Shown: positions 1 through 12,495 of the stretch, in pieces
Numbering within the stretch: the first letter of the stretch is position 1
Layout of the letters: every line of letters begins with the position of its first letter
From: Macrostomum lignano
Lineage: Eukaryota
Assembly: GCA_002269645.1 (NCBI GenBank)
Contig: NIVC01002786.1
Span: 1 to 64,000 of the forward strand
Direction: 5' to 3'
Length of the DNA: 64,000 bases
Made by a program: the position numbers and the translations under genes
The notes under the pieces: generated by a model
Database searches by the model: none
The model's input: only the letters and a program-made list of their open reading frames with translations
Told to the model about the DNA's origin: nothing

Positions 1-1732
<1,732 letters not shown>

Positions 1733-1905
1733 AAGCCGATCGCGCTGAGTCGGAGAAAACAAATTTCATCTTGTCAAAAGCGTTTAACGAGTCCTAATTC
1801 AACTGTCCAAGGAAATAAATAATGGGAATACTTCTGCTGATGATTGTGATCAGCGCAGCATTGCAAGAAAAGACAAAATTGTGACGCGTGAAACTCCAAT
1901 TCCAG

Positions 1906-2091
1906 AAAAGCAAAGTATCGAGCTTGGTCAGCCGCCAGTGCCTCAGCGCCTGCCTTCAGGCCATAGACTCCAGTGGCAACGGGCAGCACTGTTGCCAAGG
2001 AAACCTGTGCAACTCCGCTGAGCGACTGCCCGGCCTCTCCTGGTTGCTGCTGCCAGCCGCCGCCCTGGCCGCCATCAGCTGCAGACAGTAG
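1906..2091 (+). CDS. Terminal exon of a Ly6/uPAR (three-finger, quiver/sleepless-like) GPI-anchored protein
   Basis: Acceptor ttccag|AAA at 1905/1906, phase 0. Translation KSKVSSLVSRQCLSAC...HCCQGNLCNSAERLPGLSWLLLPAAALAAISCRQ* has the Ly6 CCxxxxCN motif followed by a hydrophobic GPI-signal-like tail. Upstream exons were not identified. Confidence 0.62.
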   Translation, partial: KSKVSSLVSRQCLSACLQAIDSSGNGQHCCQGNLCNSAERLPGLSWLLLPAAALAAISCRQ

Positions 2092-2469
2092 GGCTGTCAA
2101 CTCGTTTGGCAATCGGTCCCATTACTGTTAACTAGACTGTATGCACATTTATATATATATATATATACTCATGCAATTGCAAATGATTTAAAAGAGCAAA
2201 ATAAGCCCATACATAATTACTCGAACGCCAGACACTTTTTACTCACAAAGATTTATTAAATATACCAAAAAACAGAGAAACAGCACCTGTCTGTTACTAC
2301 TATTAGTATAATGATATGACAAAACGGCAAAATTAGCCAATAACTGTTTTTAAAGGCAGCTTAAAACAAGAGTAAAATATTAAGTAGATCACAGATAAAC
2401 AATTGGCAAAGTAGAAGTGCTGCATTATATTAACAAAAATGCAATAAATCACTTGGCCCAATAGAAGAG

Positions 2470-2955
2470 GGCCGTGGCCCAGGCTCGATTCCAAGTGCAG
2501 TTTAAATTAATTTGGGTCTAAATTGGAATCTCAGCTTGGCTCTGCTCCCAAGGCACAGTGAAGTGTACATGTCTAATGACTAATGAAGTCAGGGCCGCTG
2601 TACACTCCTGTGTGATTGTGTAATTTGATTTGATTGGACGAGGAATGGGGTGGGTGAACTGATTGGTCATTTGCGTAGAGAGTATGATGTACATTGATTA
2701 CGCGTGGCGAGGGACAGTTGAACTGAAAATCAGATAAGAGAATAGGCGAGTCTATATCTTAGTCATAAATTTTTAATTAGTTTAATTTAAAATCATAGCA
2801 GTATGCCTGCTTTTATCAATTAGAAAAATCTGCCAGTGGAGTCACCGAATGGTGTAATAATGACCGTTTTGACTTGTCATTGTGTTTAGGTAAAAGTTTT
2901 TTACATTGTCGCTCACAGTGCGCCAGGTTGCATACAGCCCCCTGCCTCTAATAAA
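2470..2955 (+). mobile_element. 5'-truncated, interrupted copy of a tRNA-derived SINE
   Basis: 2470-2610 aligns by eye with 12185-12350 (B-box-like GGCTCGATTCC, then ctcagcttggct...cagtgaagtgtaca). 2915-2955 matches the 3' end (cccctgcct.taataaa) of the 12141 copy. Confidence 0.6.
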
Positions 2956-3047
2956 GTACTCGTAGCCCAATAAAAGTGCCCCGAAACCCAGTAGAGTTCA
3001 GGAGTCCGGCACAGGCATGAGCAGCTCGTGCGTAGTTGGCGACGGTG

Positions 3048-4950
3048 TCAGAGCTCGGGCAGCAGCGGCGCTCCCGCTGTCAGCGTCTTTGAATACCGAC
3101 GGCGGCGAGGGCGTCCGCGGCGGCAGTTGCCAACGCCTTGAGGCGGCGGCGGTGGCGAGCGTGGCCGCTCATCAGCAGCTGCAGCGAGTTTATCTTCATC
3201 GTCTGAAAATTATGTTATGGATGCCTGATGTACTCAATCAGTTGAGAAATGGAATAGAGTTTAGAAAACCCCCTTTTAAAGGCTCGTGATTCGTGCATTA
3301 GCGAAACTGCTAATTGAAATCCAATAAACGTCCTTTGCACTTAGCCTGTCGAATTTAAAATTTTTTATCTTTTTGAAATGAGCTAACGACCCAATCTATT
3401 ACTTGTAACAACCATGGAAACAGAGCCGCTAGAGAAGCTGACGAATAAAAGAATTAAATCACTCTTAGACGAACTTTTGAGCTGGCAGCTTTAAATGAAG
3501 CCTGTTAAAAAACTCACTGAATTCGCATTGGGAAAACATTCTCGCGTATTTACTGTTAGTAGTAAGTTAAAAATATACACGAAAATATCATTGCTGAGGC
3601 AATGGGGATTATAAAATAGTGAAGCTGCTGTAAGATTGCAATAGAACACATTACTGGATAGTAAATCTTAACATTGATGTCTGATAGGGAACTGGGTCAG
3701 GTGGGATCTTGGGCAGGTGGGAACTGGGTCAGATGGGAACTGGGTCAGGTGGGAACTGGGTCAGGTGGGAACTGGGGCAGGTAGGAACTAGGTCAGGTGG
3801 GAACTGTGTCAGGTGGGAACTGGGTCATGTGGGAACTGGGTCTTGTAGGAACTAGGGCAGGTGGGAACTGAGTCAGGTGGGAACTGGGTCATGTGGGAAC
3901 TGGGTCAGGTAGGAACTAGGGCAGGTGGGAACTGGGTCAGGTGGGAACTGGGGCAGGTGGGAAATGGGTCAGGTGGGAACTGGGTCAGGTGGGAACTGGG
4001 GCAGGTGGGAAGGGGCAGGTAGGAACTGGGTCAGGTGGGAACTGGGTCATGTGGGAACTGGGTCAGGTAGGAACTAGGGCAGGTGGGAACTGGGTCAGGT
4101 GGGAACTGGGGCAGGTGGGAAATGGGGCAGGTGGGAACTGGGGCAGGTAGGAACTAGGTCAGATGGGAACTGGTTCATGTGGGAACTGGGTCAGATAGGA
4201 ACTAGGTCAGGTGGGAACTGGGGTAGGTGGGTACTGGGGCAGGTAGGAACTGGGGCAGCTGAGGAGCAGCGATCTTTTTAGGTAGAAACGTATTCTAATA
4301 GAGCATAAAAAGTTTAACGTGCTGCGTGTAGGAGGCATGAAAGCAATCATAAAATTCTAGCTTTATATTCTTAGCAAATAGGCTCTCTAAAAATTTCATA
4401 AAACGCTTGGAAATTATAATTCGATCAGCCGCGCAAGCTCGTAAAAACAACAGGATGTTACAAAAATGCATTATTAGTAAAAAGAAAAGTTAAGACAAAA
4501 TGCGTCGACTTGAATTTTTGTAACCACTTTTTTTGCTAAAAATACTGCTATTAAATCGCGGACAAACAAAAAGAAGAAAACATTAAATATTACAGCACTA
4601 AGTGCAAGCACGAGGCATCAGCCAATGAGAGACGACTACGAAGTGAGGTGGGTGCAAGCACGAGGTATCAGCCAATGAGAGACGACTACGAAGTGAGGTG
4701 GGTGCAAGCACGGGTATCAGCCAATGAGAGATGACTACGAAGTGAGGTGGGTGCAAGCACCGGTTGTCAGCCAATGAGAGACGACTATGGGCACATGAAA
4801 GAGACAGGCCTAGGCAAAGGAGCTTTTAAGCAGCCTGTGCACCGCATGGCCAATGCTAGATCTTTTGACCGCACTGGCGGCCGACTTCTGCTGGTGGTTT
4901 TGCCGTCGGCGCGGCGGCACCCTGTTGTCGCCAAAGAGGTGAAAATCTGC
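3048..4950 (-). CDS. Candidate terminal exon(s) of the RGS12-like gene (phase-1 acceptors at ~4950 and 3202)
   Basis: ttgcag|AT TTT CAC gives (D)FHLFGDNRVPP...SSFA*. tttcag|AC GAT GAA gives (D)DEDKLAAAADERPRSPPP...PEL* (3202-3048). Both are phase-compatible with the donor at 5255; which is used is unresolved. Confidence 0.35.
3685..4256. repeat. 16-bp minisatellite (GGTGGGAACTGGGTCA)n
   Basis: Direct tandem units visible. Confidence 0.93.
4605..4790. repeat. ~50-bp tandem repeat, ~3.7 copies, each containing TCAGCCAATGAG
   Basis: Units start near 4605, 4655, 4705 and 4754. Confidence 0.85.
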
Positions 4951-5255
4951 AAGCAAATACGGCCAAATAAATCCGCTGGGTCGAAGCGTTAACGAAATAG
5001 TGACAGGATTAACGATTAATTAATTAGGTTAATTGATTAGCTTAGCACAGCGGTTAAAGTTACGTAACTATAACGGTTAATAAATCATAATAGGCGGCTT
5101 TTTGCATACGCGAAATATTTTAAAGCGAAATCGGAGACTTCTCTTTGGTTAGGAACGACCCCATCTAATAAGGGAAAGAGCATGATCTCACTGCGCCCCC
5201 GGAAACAGGGAGCAACATTCTTGTCTGCCTGCTCCACAGACGCCGCACAACTCAC

Positions 5256-8200
5256 CGACAAAGTCCTCCTTGGGCAGGGCGCACAGGCGGAGGCCGTCAA
5301 CGCAGTCAACCGGAGCGTCCAGGCCCAGCGGCACGAAGCCGGACTCGCGGCAGACCACGAGCCGGTCCAGGCGGAGGCCGTACCGACCGCACACCGGGCG
5401 CAGCACGTCACGCAGCGATTTGGCTGGCCGAGCTCGGACACCGACGCACCGGCCGGCTGGGGCTGGCAGCTCTAGCCGGAACAGAACTCGCCGTTCCATC
5501 CGGATTTGCCGGCCAGCGAACGCCGACAGTGGAGCGTCCAGACCGCCGCTGCCGCTGACACCGTCGGGCTCGTCGTCGTTGAGCACGCGGACTTCAGCGG
5601 CGGCAAAGTTGAGGCCGCGCCGTTCGCAGAGATCTAGCAGGGCCTCGCGCAGGCTGCGCTGCTGCTGGCCGGCTGCGCCGCGAACGTCCAGCAGAGCCGA
5701 GGAGCCGTCAGCCAGCTGAACGCGGCAGCAGCCCGCAGCGGTGGGCAGCGCTGATGCAGACGGAGGTGACGGTGACCGAGATCCGTGCTGCTGCTGCTGA
5801 TCGGAGTGGCGTCTCAGCGTGCGGCCTGTATAAACAATTGTTTAATAAGTTTTAGTAGCCAAAAATTTACACAATTTTTAATTCCTAGTAAAAGGGGCCT
5901 TCCGAAATAAGCGCTAAGAAGCGATTGGAATTTAAATAAAATTAGGACTCAAATTTGGGATTAAAAACTAAGAAGTAGGGATCAAGATTCCGAGAGCAGG
6001 GATTGGGAATCTGAAAGTAGGGATCGGGACTGAGAGTAGGGATCAGGACTGAGAGTAGGGATCAGGACTGAGAGTAGGGATCAGGACTGGGAGTAGGGAT
6101 CGGGACTGAGAGTAGGGATCAGGACTCTGAGAGTAGGGATCAGGACTCTGAGAGTAGGGATCAGGACTGGGAGTAGGGATCGGGACTCTGAGAGTAAGGA
6201 CCGTGGCAAGGCCAGCTCACCGCGAACCAAGCTCGCCAAGAAGCCGCGCCGCTTGGCCCCGCCGCCGTTGTCGAGAGTCTCGGCCCCGATAGTCAACGGT
6301 CGCTGTTGTCGCTGTGCTGCGGCCGCGGCCACAGCCTCCCGGTAGCAGCTGGACTTGAGGAACCTGGCGTAGCTGTCCATCCGCATCAGATCGTAGATGT
6401 GCCGCTGCGCCTTGTCGAACGCGTGTCGACTTGGCGGCGGCCGACTGGCGTCCAGAATATCGGCGCGAAGCTGCTCAACCGTGGCGCCGTCCAGATTGAC
6501 GCACTGCGGCGCGTTGATGCCGATGAAGTCGTATACTATGCGGGCGGCTTCGGTTGACAGCTGCGGATGGGAGCAGCGCATCCGACACTATTTTCCAGTG
6601 ACTGCTGGGTTTCCACCGGAGTTTCCCGATCCCAATTTTTAAGCCCTGATCATAAAATCCGAACTCATAAGTCACCGGTCCTAACTCTCTGACTCCCGAT
6701 CCCAACTATTTGAGTCTAAATCCCAACTATCGAAGTCCCCATCCAAACTAATGGAAGTCCCGATCCCAATTAACGGAAGTTCCGATCCCAACTAACGGAA
6801 GTCTTGATCCAAATACCAAAGTCCCGATCCCTACTATCGACGTCCCGATCCCTACTATCGACGTCCCGATCCCAACTATCGACGTCCCGATCCCAACTAT
6901 CGACGTCCCGATCCCAACTATCGACGTCCCGATTCCAACTATCGACGTCCCGATCCCAACTATCGACGTCTCGATCCCAACTATCGACGTCTCGATCCCA
7001 ACTATCGACGTCTCGATCCCAACTAACGGAAGTCCAAATCCCAACTAACGGAAGTCCCGATCCCAACTATCGAAGTCCCGACCCCAACTATCAAAGTCCT
7101 GATCCCAACTATCAAAGTCCTGATCCCAACTACTAAAGTCCTGATCCCAACTACCAAAGTCCCGATCCTAGCTATCGAAGTCCCGATCCCAACTAGCAAA
7201 GTCCCGATCCCAACTATCAAAGTCCTGATCCCAACTACTAAAGTCCTGATCCCAACTATCAAAGTCCTGATTCCAACTACCAAAGTTCCGATCCCAACTA
7301 GCGAAGTCCCGATCCCACTACTCATCCCCAGCCCCGAACTCACTGCCTCCTGGTCCTCAATCGCCCTATACCGCTCAACAGCCAGCCAGAAGGCGACATT
7401 CTCTTCGCTGAACTCGCCGCGCAGAAATTCGGCGAACAGCTTGACGCCAGTCGGGTCGGCCAGCAGGCGGTCCAGCCCGGCCGACCAGTCGGAGGGACCG
7501 CCAGTGGCGGCTGTATCGTCGATGGCGTCGGGCGCATCAACGACGCCGGAGCCGAACGCCATCGCCGATTGGGGCCGGCGGCGCAGCAGCGGCGGCGGCG
7601 CCGGGACGAATTTGGCGCCGATTCCCGTACCGACGCCGAAGTCGCCGCCGCTGCGTCGGCGCTGATTGTCGGCAACGATTGGCGGCGATTCGGCGTCATC
7701 GGAGGAGGCGCTGCTGGCCAGATTCTGCGGTATGGAGAGGCGAGGCCGCTGGCTTTACTTAATTAGTTACCTAGCGTTAATTTGTAATTGCTTTTTAAGT
7801 GAGACATATTAGTTAAAAGGTCAGCTATGAGGGAAACTAGCTCTTCGGCATTGGACACTTGCTGCCTGATGCGCAAAAAAAGCGGCAGTTTTCTCCGCTT
7901 TACAATAATAACACTACCTCATATCATTCTGTCAGCTAAGATTTGGTTTCTTCAGTGGAGTTCAAGTCAGTGGAGCTCCAGTTAAATAGAATCCCAGTCA
8001 GTGAAATCACAGTTAGGAAAATTCCTGACAGTGGAATCCAATTAGGGGAATCCCAGATAGGAGAATCCTGTTAGGAGAATCCCAGCTAGGGGAATCCCAG
8101 CTAGGGGAATCCCAGCTAGAGGAATCCAGTTAGGGGAATTCCAGTTAGGAGAATCCCAGCTAGGGGAATCCAGCTAGAGGAATCCAGCTAGGGGAATCCC

Positions 8201-10470
8201 AGCTAGGAGAATATCAGCTAGGAGAATCCCAGCTAGGGGAATCCAGTTAGGGAAATCCCTGCTAGGAAAATCCCAGTTCGGGGAATCCAATTAGGAGAAT
8301 TATAGCTAGGAGAATCCCAGCTAGAGGAATCCAGTTAGGGGAATCCCAGTCACCAATATAATAACTGGTACGAGCGTAAATCTGTACCTCACAAGAGAGC
8401 GCACTGAGTCCAGTTGTCCATCGCGTCGACGGAGCGACATCCGTCTTTTGCTGCTGCCCTTGAACAACTTCTCCAGAGGCCAGCGTCCTGACTGTTGAGT
8501 TCAACGATGCCGCCAGGCCAGTCAGGGTGCCCGATGAAGAGTCGGCGACGTGTATCGGAACCGACGGTCGACGAAGCTGGCGCTGCTGTCGATTGAGAGC
8601 CGGCGGGCCAGACGGCGGCGGGGTCGGATAGCTCAGACTGGGCGGCGCCGCGGCCTCCTTGTCGGCGAACAGGCGCACCAGCCGGTGCACGATGGGAGCC
8701 GCCACCTGAGGCAGCTGGGTGCAGCAGCCAGCGGACTCGTCCGGCTGGCAGTTCAATCCGAACGCCGCCGTCCATCGAGCGTGACCGCGGCGCCGATGAT
8801 CGGCTAGGCGGCCGCTGACCCGGAAGATGTGCACCGCGCCAGCGACGGTGAGGAGAGCAAAGTAGCGGGCGTCCTCGTTGTAGGCGCAGACGAAGGCCAG
8901 ACTGTCTGCTGGCAGGCTGAGCAGCGAGCGGCTCGGGCGTCGGCGAGGCTGACAGAGCGCGGCGTCACCTCCAGAAGGGTCGGCTGGCCCGCCGCGGAAG
9001 TTGCTGGAGTCGGCGTCGGCTTCGTCGACGAGGTCGAAGACGACGGCGATAGTGAGGACGGCGAGGCCGAGGGCGACGACGGCTGCAGGCGGGCCGCGGC
9101 GCGGGCGCTGGCGATCGCCGAGCGAACGACGCGCAGCCGGTCGGCGGGCGCCGGGACCGGCAGCTGCAGGCTGGCGACGTGGATGACCAGCCAGCGGCCC
9201 GCCAGCTCACCCGACAGAGCCGAGGCAGTGGCAGCGGCGGCGTCTTCGTAGCGCTGCTCCGGCCCGATGGCGCCGCAGTGCTGATGCCGCGGTGGTGGCG
9301 GAGGCGGCGCCTGTTGCTGTGCCAGCTTTTGATGCGGCATTTCCGCTTCATCATTGTCTGAGCAGGCGCCTAGGAGGCTGGGCTCGGCCTGCGCGGCATC
9401 ACAGATTAAGAATGAGTTCTCGCTCTGAGTAGTGCTCACGAATTCTGTTGTCATATTGATGAGGGCCGCCAAGTCCAAAGTAACAGTGGGCTTCGAACCT
9501 CAGACTGAGCCTTGTTTTGAACCTCAGACTGAGCTCGAAATATTGCAATGCCATCAACTTTCTCAAAAAGTCCCAAATGCCCAAAAGCTTCCTACGTCTT
9601 AGAAGCTTCCCCCCAGCCCCTAAAATCCGTTCCGCCATTGATTTTTTTTTAAGTCACAGCCTTTAATTTCCCTACACCCTATAAATTCCCCACACCCTAC
9701 AAATTCCCCACACCCAATAAATTCCCCACATCCTTTAAATTCCCCACCCCTTTACCCCTTTAAACTCCCCACACGCTTTAAATTCCCCCACATCCTTAAA
9801 TTCCCCATCCCTATACCTATTTAAACTCCCCACACGCTTTAATTCTCCACACGCTTTAAATTCCCCACACCCTTTAAATTCCCCTCACCCTTTAAATTCC
9901 CTAAACGCTCTAAATTCCCCAAACGCTTGAAATTCCCCCACTTTTAAATTCCCCACACCCTTTAAATCACCCACACGCTTTGAATTCCCCACACGCTTTA
10001 AATTACCTACACCCTTTAAATTGCTCACACCATCAAAATTCCAACAGCTAAAGCTAAATTCCCTAGACCCTCTGAATTATCAAAACCTCTACGTTCCCTA
10101 CAAAAGTTGACCAACTCACTGACACAACCTGAAGCGCCAGAGAGTCGCCGCTGGCGCCAATCAATGCAGCCACTCGCTCGTGCTCAGCCCCATCAACTGG
10201 CTGGCCATTGACGCCCAGCAGGTAATCGCCAGGTTTCAGGCCGGCGTGCTGCGCGGCGCTGCCAGGCACAACTGCGCTAACAACGCACGGACGCTGGCCG
10301 CTGATGCTGAAGCCGTAGCCTGCCGGGAGTCTGTGCATAGCAACTGTGCGAACTGCATGCACAGTGCGGCACTGACGGCGGCAGTGGTGGCGGCGCTGTG
10401 CAGCCCGAAAGGCATCGCCTGCTGCTGCTGCGACACTGGAGGTCGCGACTGTTGCTCTTGCTATTGGCAT
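5256..10470 (-). CDS. RGS12: RGS12/loco-like regulator of G-protein signalling (PDZ-PTB-RGS-RBD-RBD), multi-exon
   Basis: Exons: 10470-10120 (PDZ, GYGFSISGQRPCVVSAVVPGSAA), 9388-8388 (PTB; needs +1 nt), 7748-7344 and 6560-6221 (RGS box, FAEFLRGEFSEENVAFW...MRMDSYARFLKS), 5825-5256 (two Ras-binding domains). All junctions are GT-AG with compatible phases, and the domain order matches RGS12. Confidence 0.88.
5990..6200. repeat. 17-19-bp minisatellite (GAGAGTAGGGATCAGGACT)n in an RGS12 intron
   Basis: Tandem units begin just downstream of the 6220 donor. Confidence 0.9.
6640..7325. repeat. 21-bp minisatellite (CCCGATCCCAACTATCGACGT)n in an RGS12 intron
   Basis: Tandem units; 7-aa periodic ORFs in the ORF track. 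Confidence 0.93.
7980..8350. repeat. 15-16-bp minisatellite (CTAGGGGAATCCCAG)n in an RGS12 intron
   Basis: Tandem, partly palindromic units. Confidence 0.88.
9665..10040. repeat. ~19-bp minisatellite (AAATTCCCCACACCCTTT)n in an RGS12 intron
   Basis: Tandem units. Confidence 0.88.
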
Positions 10471-12140
10471 CAGCAAAATTATTGTGGGCACTCCCTAAAT
10501 ATAAGCCTAATAATAAGCCTAAAGTTTCACATTGTCAATATGAACAGTCCTTTAGCTAACAGTCAGTTAAAAGTGATACTTCAATAACATGTAATCTATA
10601 AAAAAGTAATTACCCAATACCTTAAACTCGAATACCCAAATTTTGAATATTGTTAATACACTAATTCCAATACCATATTTTAATACCCAGCTTTTTGCAA
10701 AAGCAACAATATCTAACATGTCTAGCTGTATAATTTAAGCTTCTTAGACATTTTTGATTCTCCTAGGTCAAGAAATCATACTTAGCATTGTTTTGAATAA
10801 AGAAAATTTCACTAGAATAAATAACAGATAAAATAAACAAATGCAAAACAATCAGTTGCATAATAATTTATTTCAGTTAAGATATTTATTAGACACTACA
10901 GTCTATTATTGTTGATTATTTGTTTCATTTATTAAGTTACTATTGGCACCCTCCACCTTTAGTTATCAAATCACATTCTATTTTGTCAATTACTGTTATT
11001 TATTTGATTATTTAATAGTTGAATAACTATTATAGCTAGAAGTACATTGGATAATTTTTGTCAACAAGTTCTTTGGCACTACTCACTTATTGATTCTTTT
11101 ATCTTACCAATAGACATTGCCATAAGATTTTAAACAATTTTTTTACCAAATTTCAGTTAGTGCAGACAAAATAGAATATTAGTGGACTGCTAATACGCTT
11201 GTATAGAAAGGTATTTTATAATTGATAGTCATTTTCTCTATTGCTAGTTTATCTGCTATTCTAACTTGTCTATTAAAAGGGTGCTGACCATTTTAGTGAA
11301 AGACCACTTTGGTGAAGGCCATTTTGGCAAAAGACTACTTTGGTGAATCTATATAGACCATATTAAAAGTATAAAAACACATAAAAATCTTCTACATATC
11401 TTTCTAAACTACAGATTAATTTTTTTATATTGTATTAATCAGTTTCAATCATCCATTGAATAAATAATAGATAAATATTAATTAATAAATCATTCAATAT
11501 AAAAATAGAAAATCAATAAATCATAAATTATTTACACTGTTGGGCACTATTATTGAAAATCTTAACTTCCATTAATGGCAAAAGTGTTAGCATTAAAACA
11601 AAAAAATCTTAACTTATTAACTCTTAATTTGTTAATAGCATTAATCCATTAAAGTTAACATAGAAAATACAGAAATGTTATACTTTTTCCAAAACAAACT
11701 TCATAATGCATTGCCTTTGCTTTTCCATCTTTTTAGTAAAACACAGAGGTCATCCAAGCAACTTACAAGCTAAAAAAGTAATAAATATTAATTTAAAAAA
11801 CTTGTATATATAATACTACTAAAAGTAAGCATATGGTAAAAGAATTAACTTATTTCTTTGAAACTTGAAAGCTAAATAGCTAATAATGAAATATGAATAA
11901 GGTTGTTTTAGTAGCATTAGCAAACATAGCAGAAAGTTACGAAAGATTGGGAAAGAAGAGAATAAAAGCAATTGGTGCTCATATACAAGAAATAGAGTTC
12001 ACAATTTTAATTCATTATAGAGTTCATTAGTAAGAAGTTATTACATTTGCATAATTGTTATTATAAACAAATAGATTAATTGGGCATTTAGGTAAATTCA
12101 ATTCAACATTACATTCATAATGTTGTAACTTCTCTTTAGA

Positions 12141-12495
12141 AGCCTAGCAGTAGCGCAGCTGCTTTGGTGTACCAGTACCAGCAACCCAGGCTTGATTCCA
12201 AGTGTAATCACATTAATTTGGGGCTGAATTAGAATCTCAGCTTGGCTTTGCTCATGCAATTAACGGCCTTGAGAGCCAACCCTCCAAGGTGCAGTGAAGT
12301 GTACAAGCCTAATGATAATATAAAGTTAGGGCTGCTGTATACTCCTATGTAAGTGTGTGCCTGCGTACATATCTGTGTGCTTGTATGCCTGCTCAGGGGA
12401 GTTGGCAGAATGGGCAGTAATGCCTCTCACCAGTTGTGTGCCTATGTCACTTAAAGTGCACCAAGGTGGACACAAACCCCCTGCCTTTAATAAAA
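12141..12495 (+). mobile_element. Full-length tRNA-derived SINE with 14-bp target-site duplication
   Basis: A-box-like TAGCGCAGCTG and B-box-like GGCTTGATTCC, with a 3' AATAAAAA end. Flanked by the direct repeat AACTTCTCTTTAGA at 12127-12140 and 12496-12509. Homologous to 2470-2955. Confidence 0.8.

Noticed and set aside
5066-5080. TAACTATAACGGT, matching the first half of the I-CeuI site in LSU rRNA
   Set aside because: Only 13 nt, with no flanking rRNA similarity; chance match in AT-rich intron.
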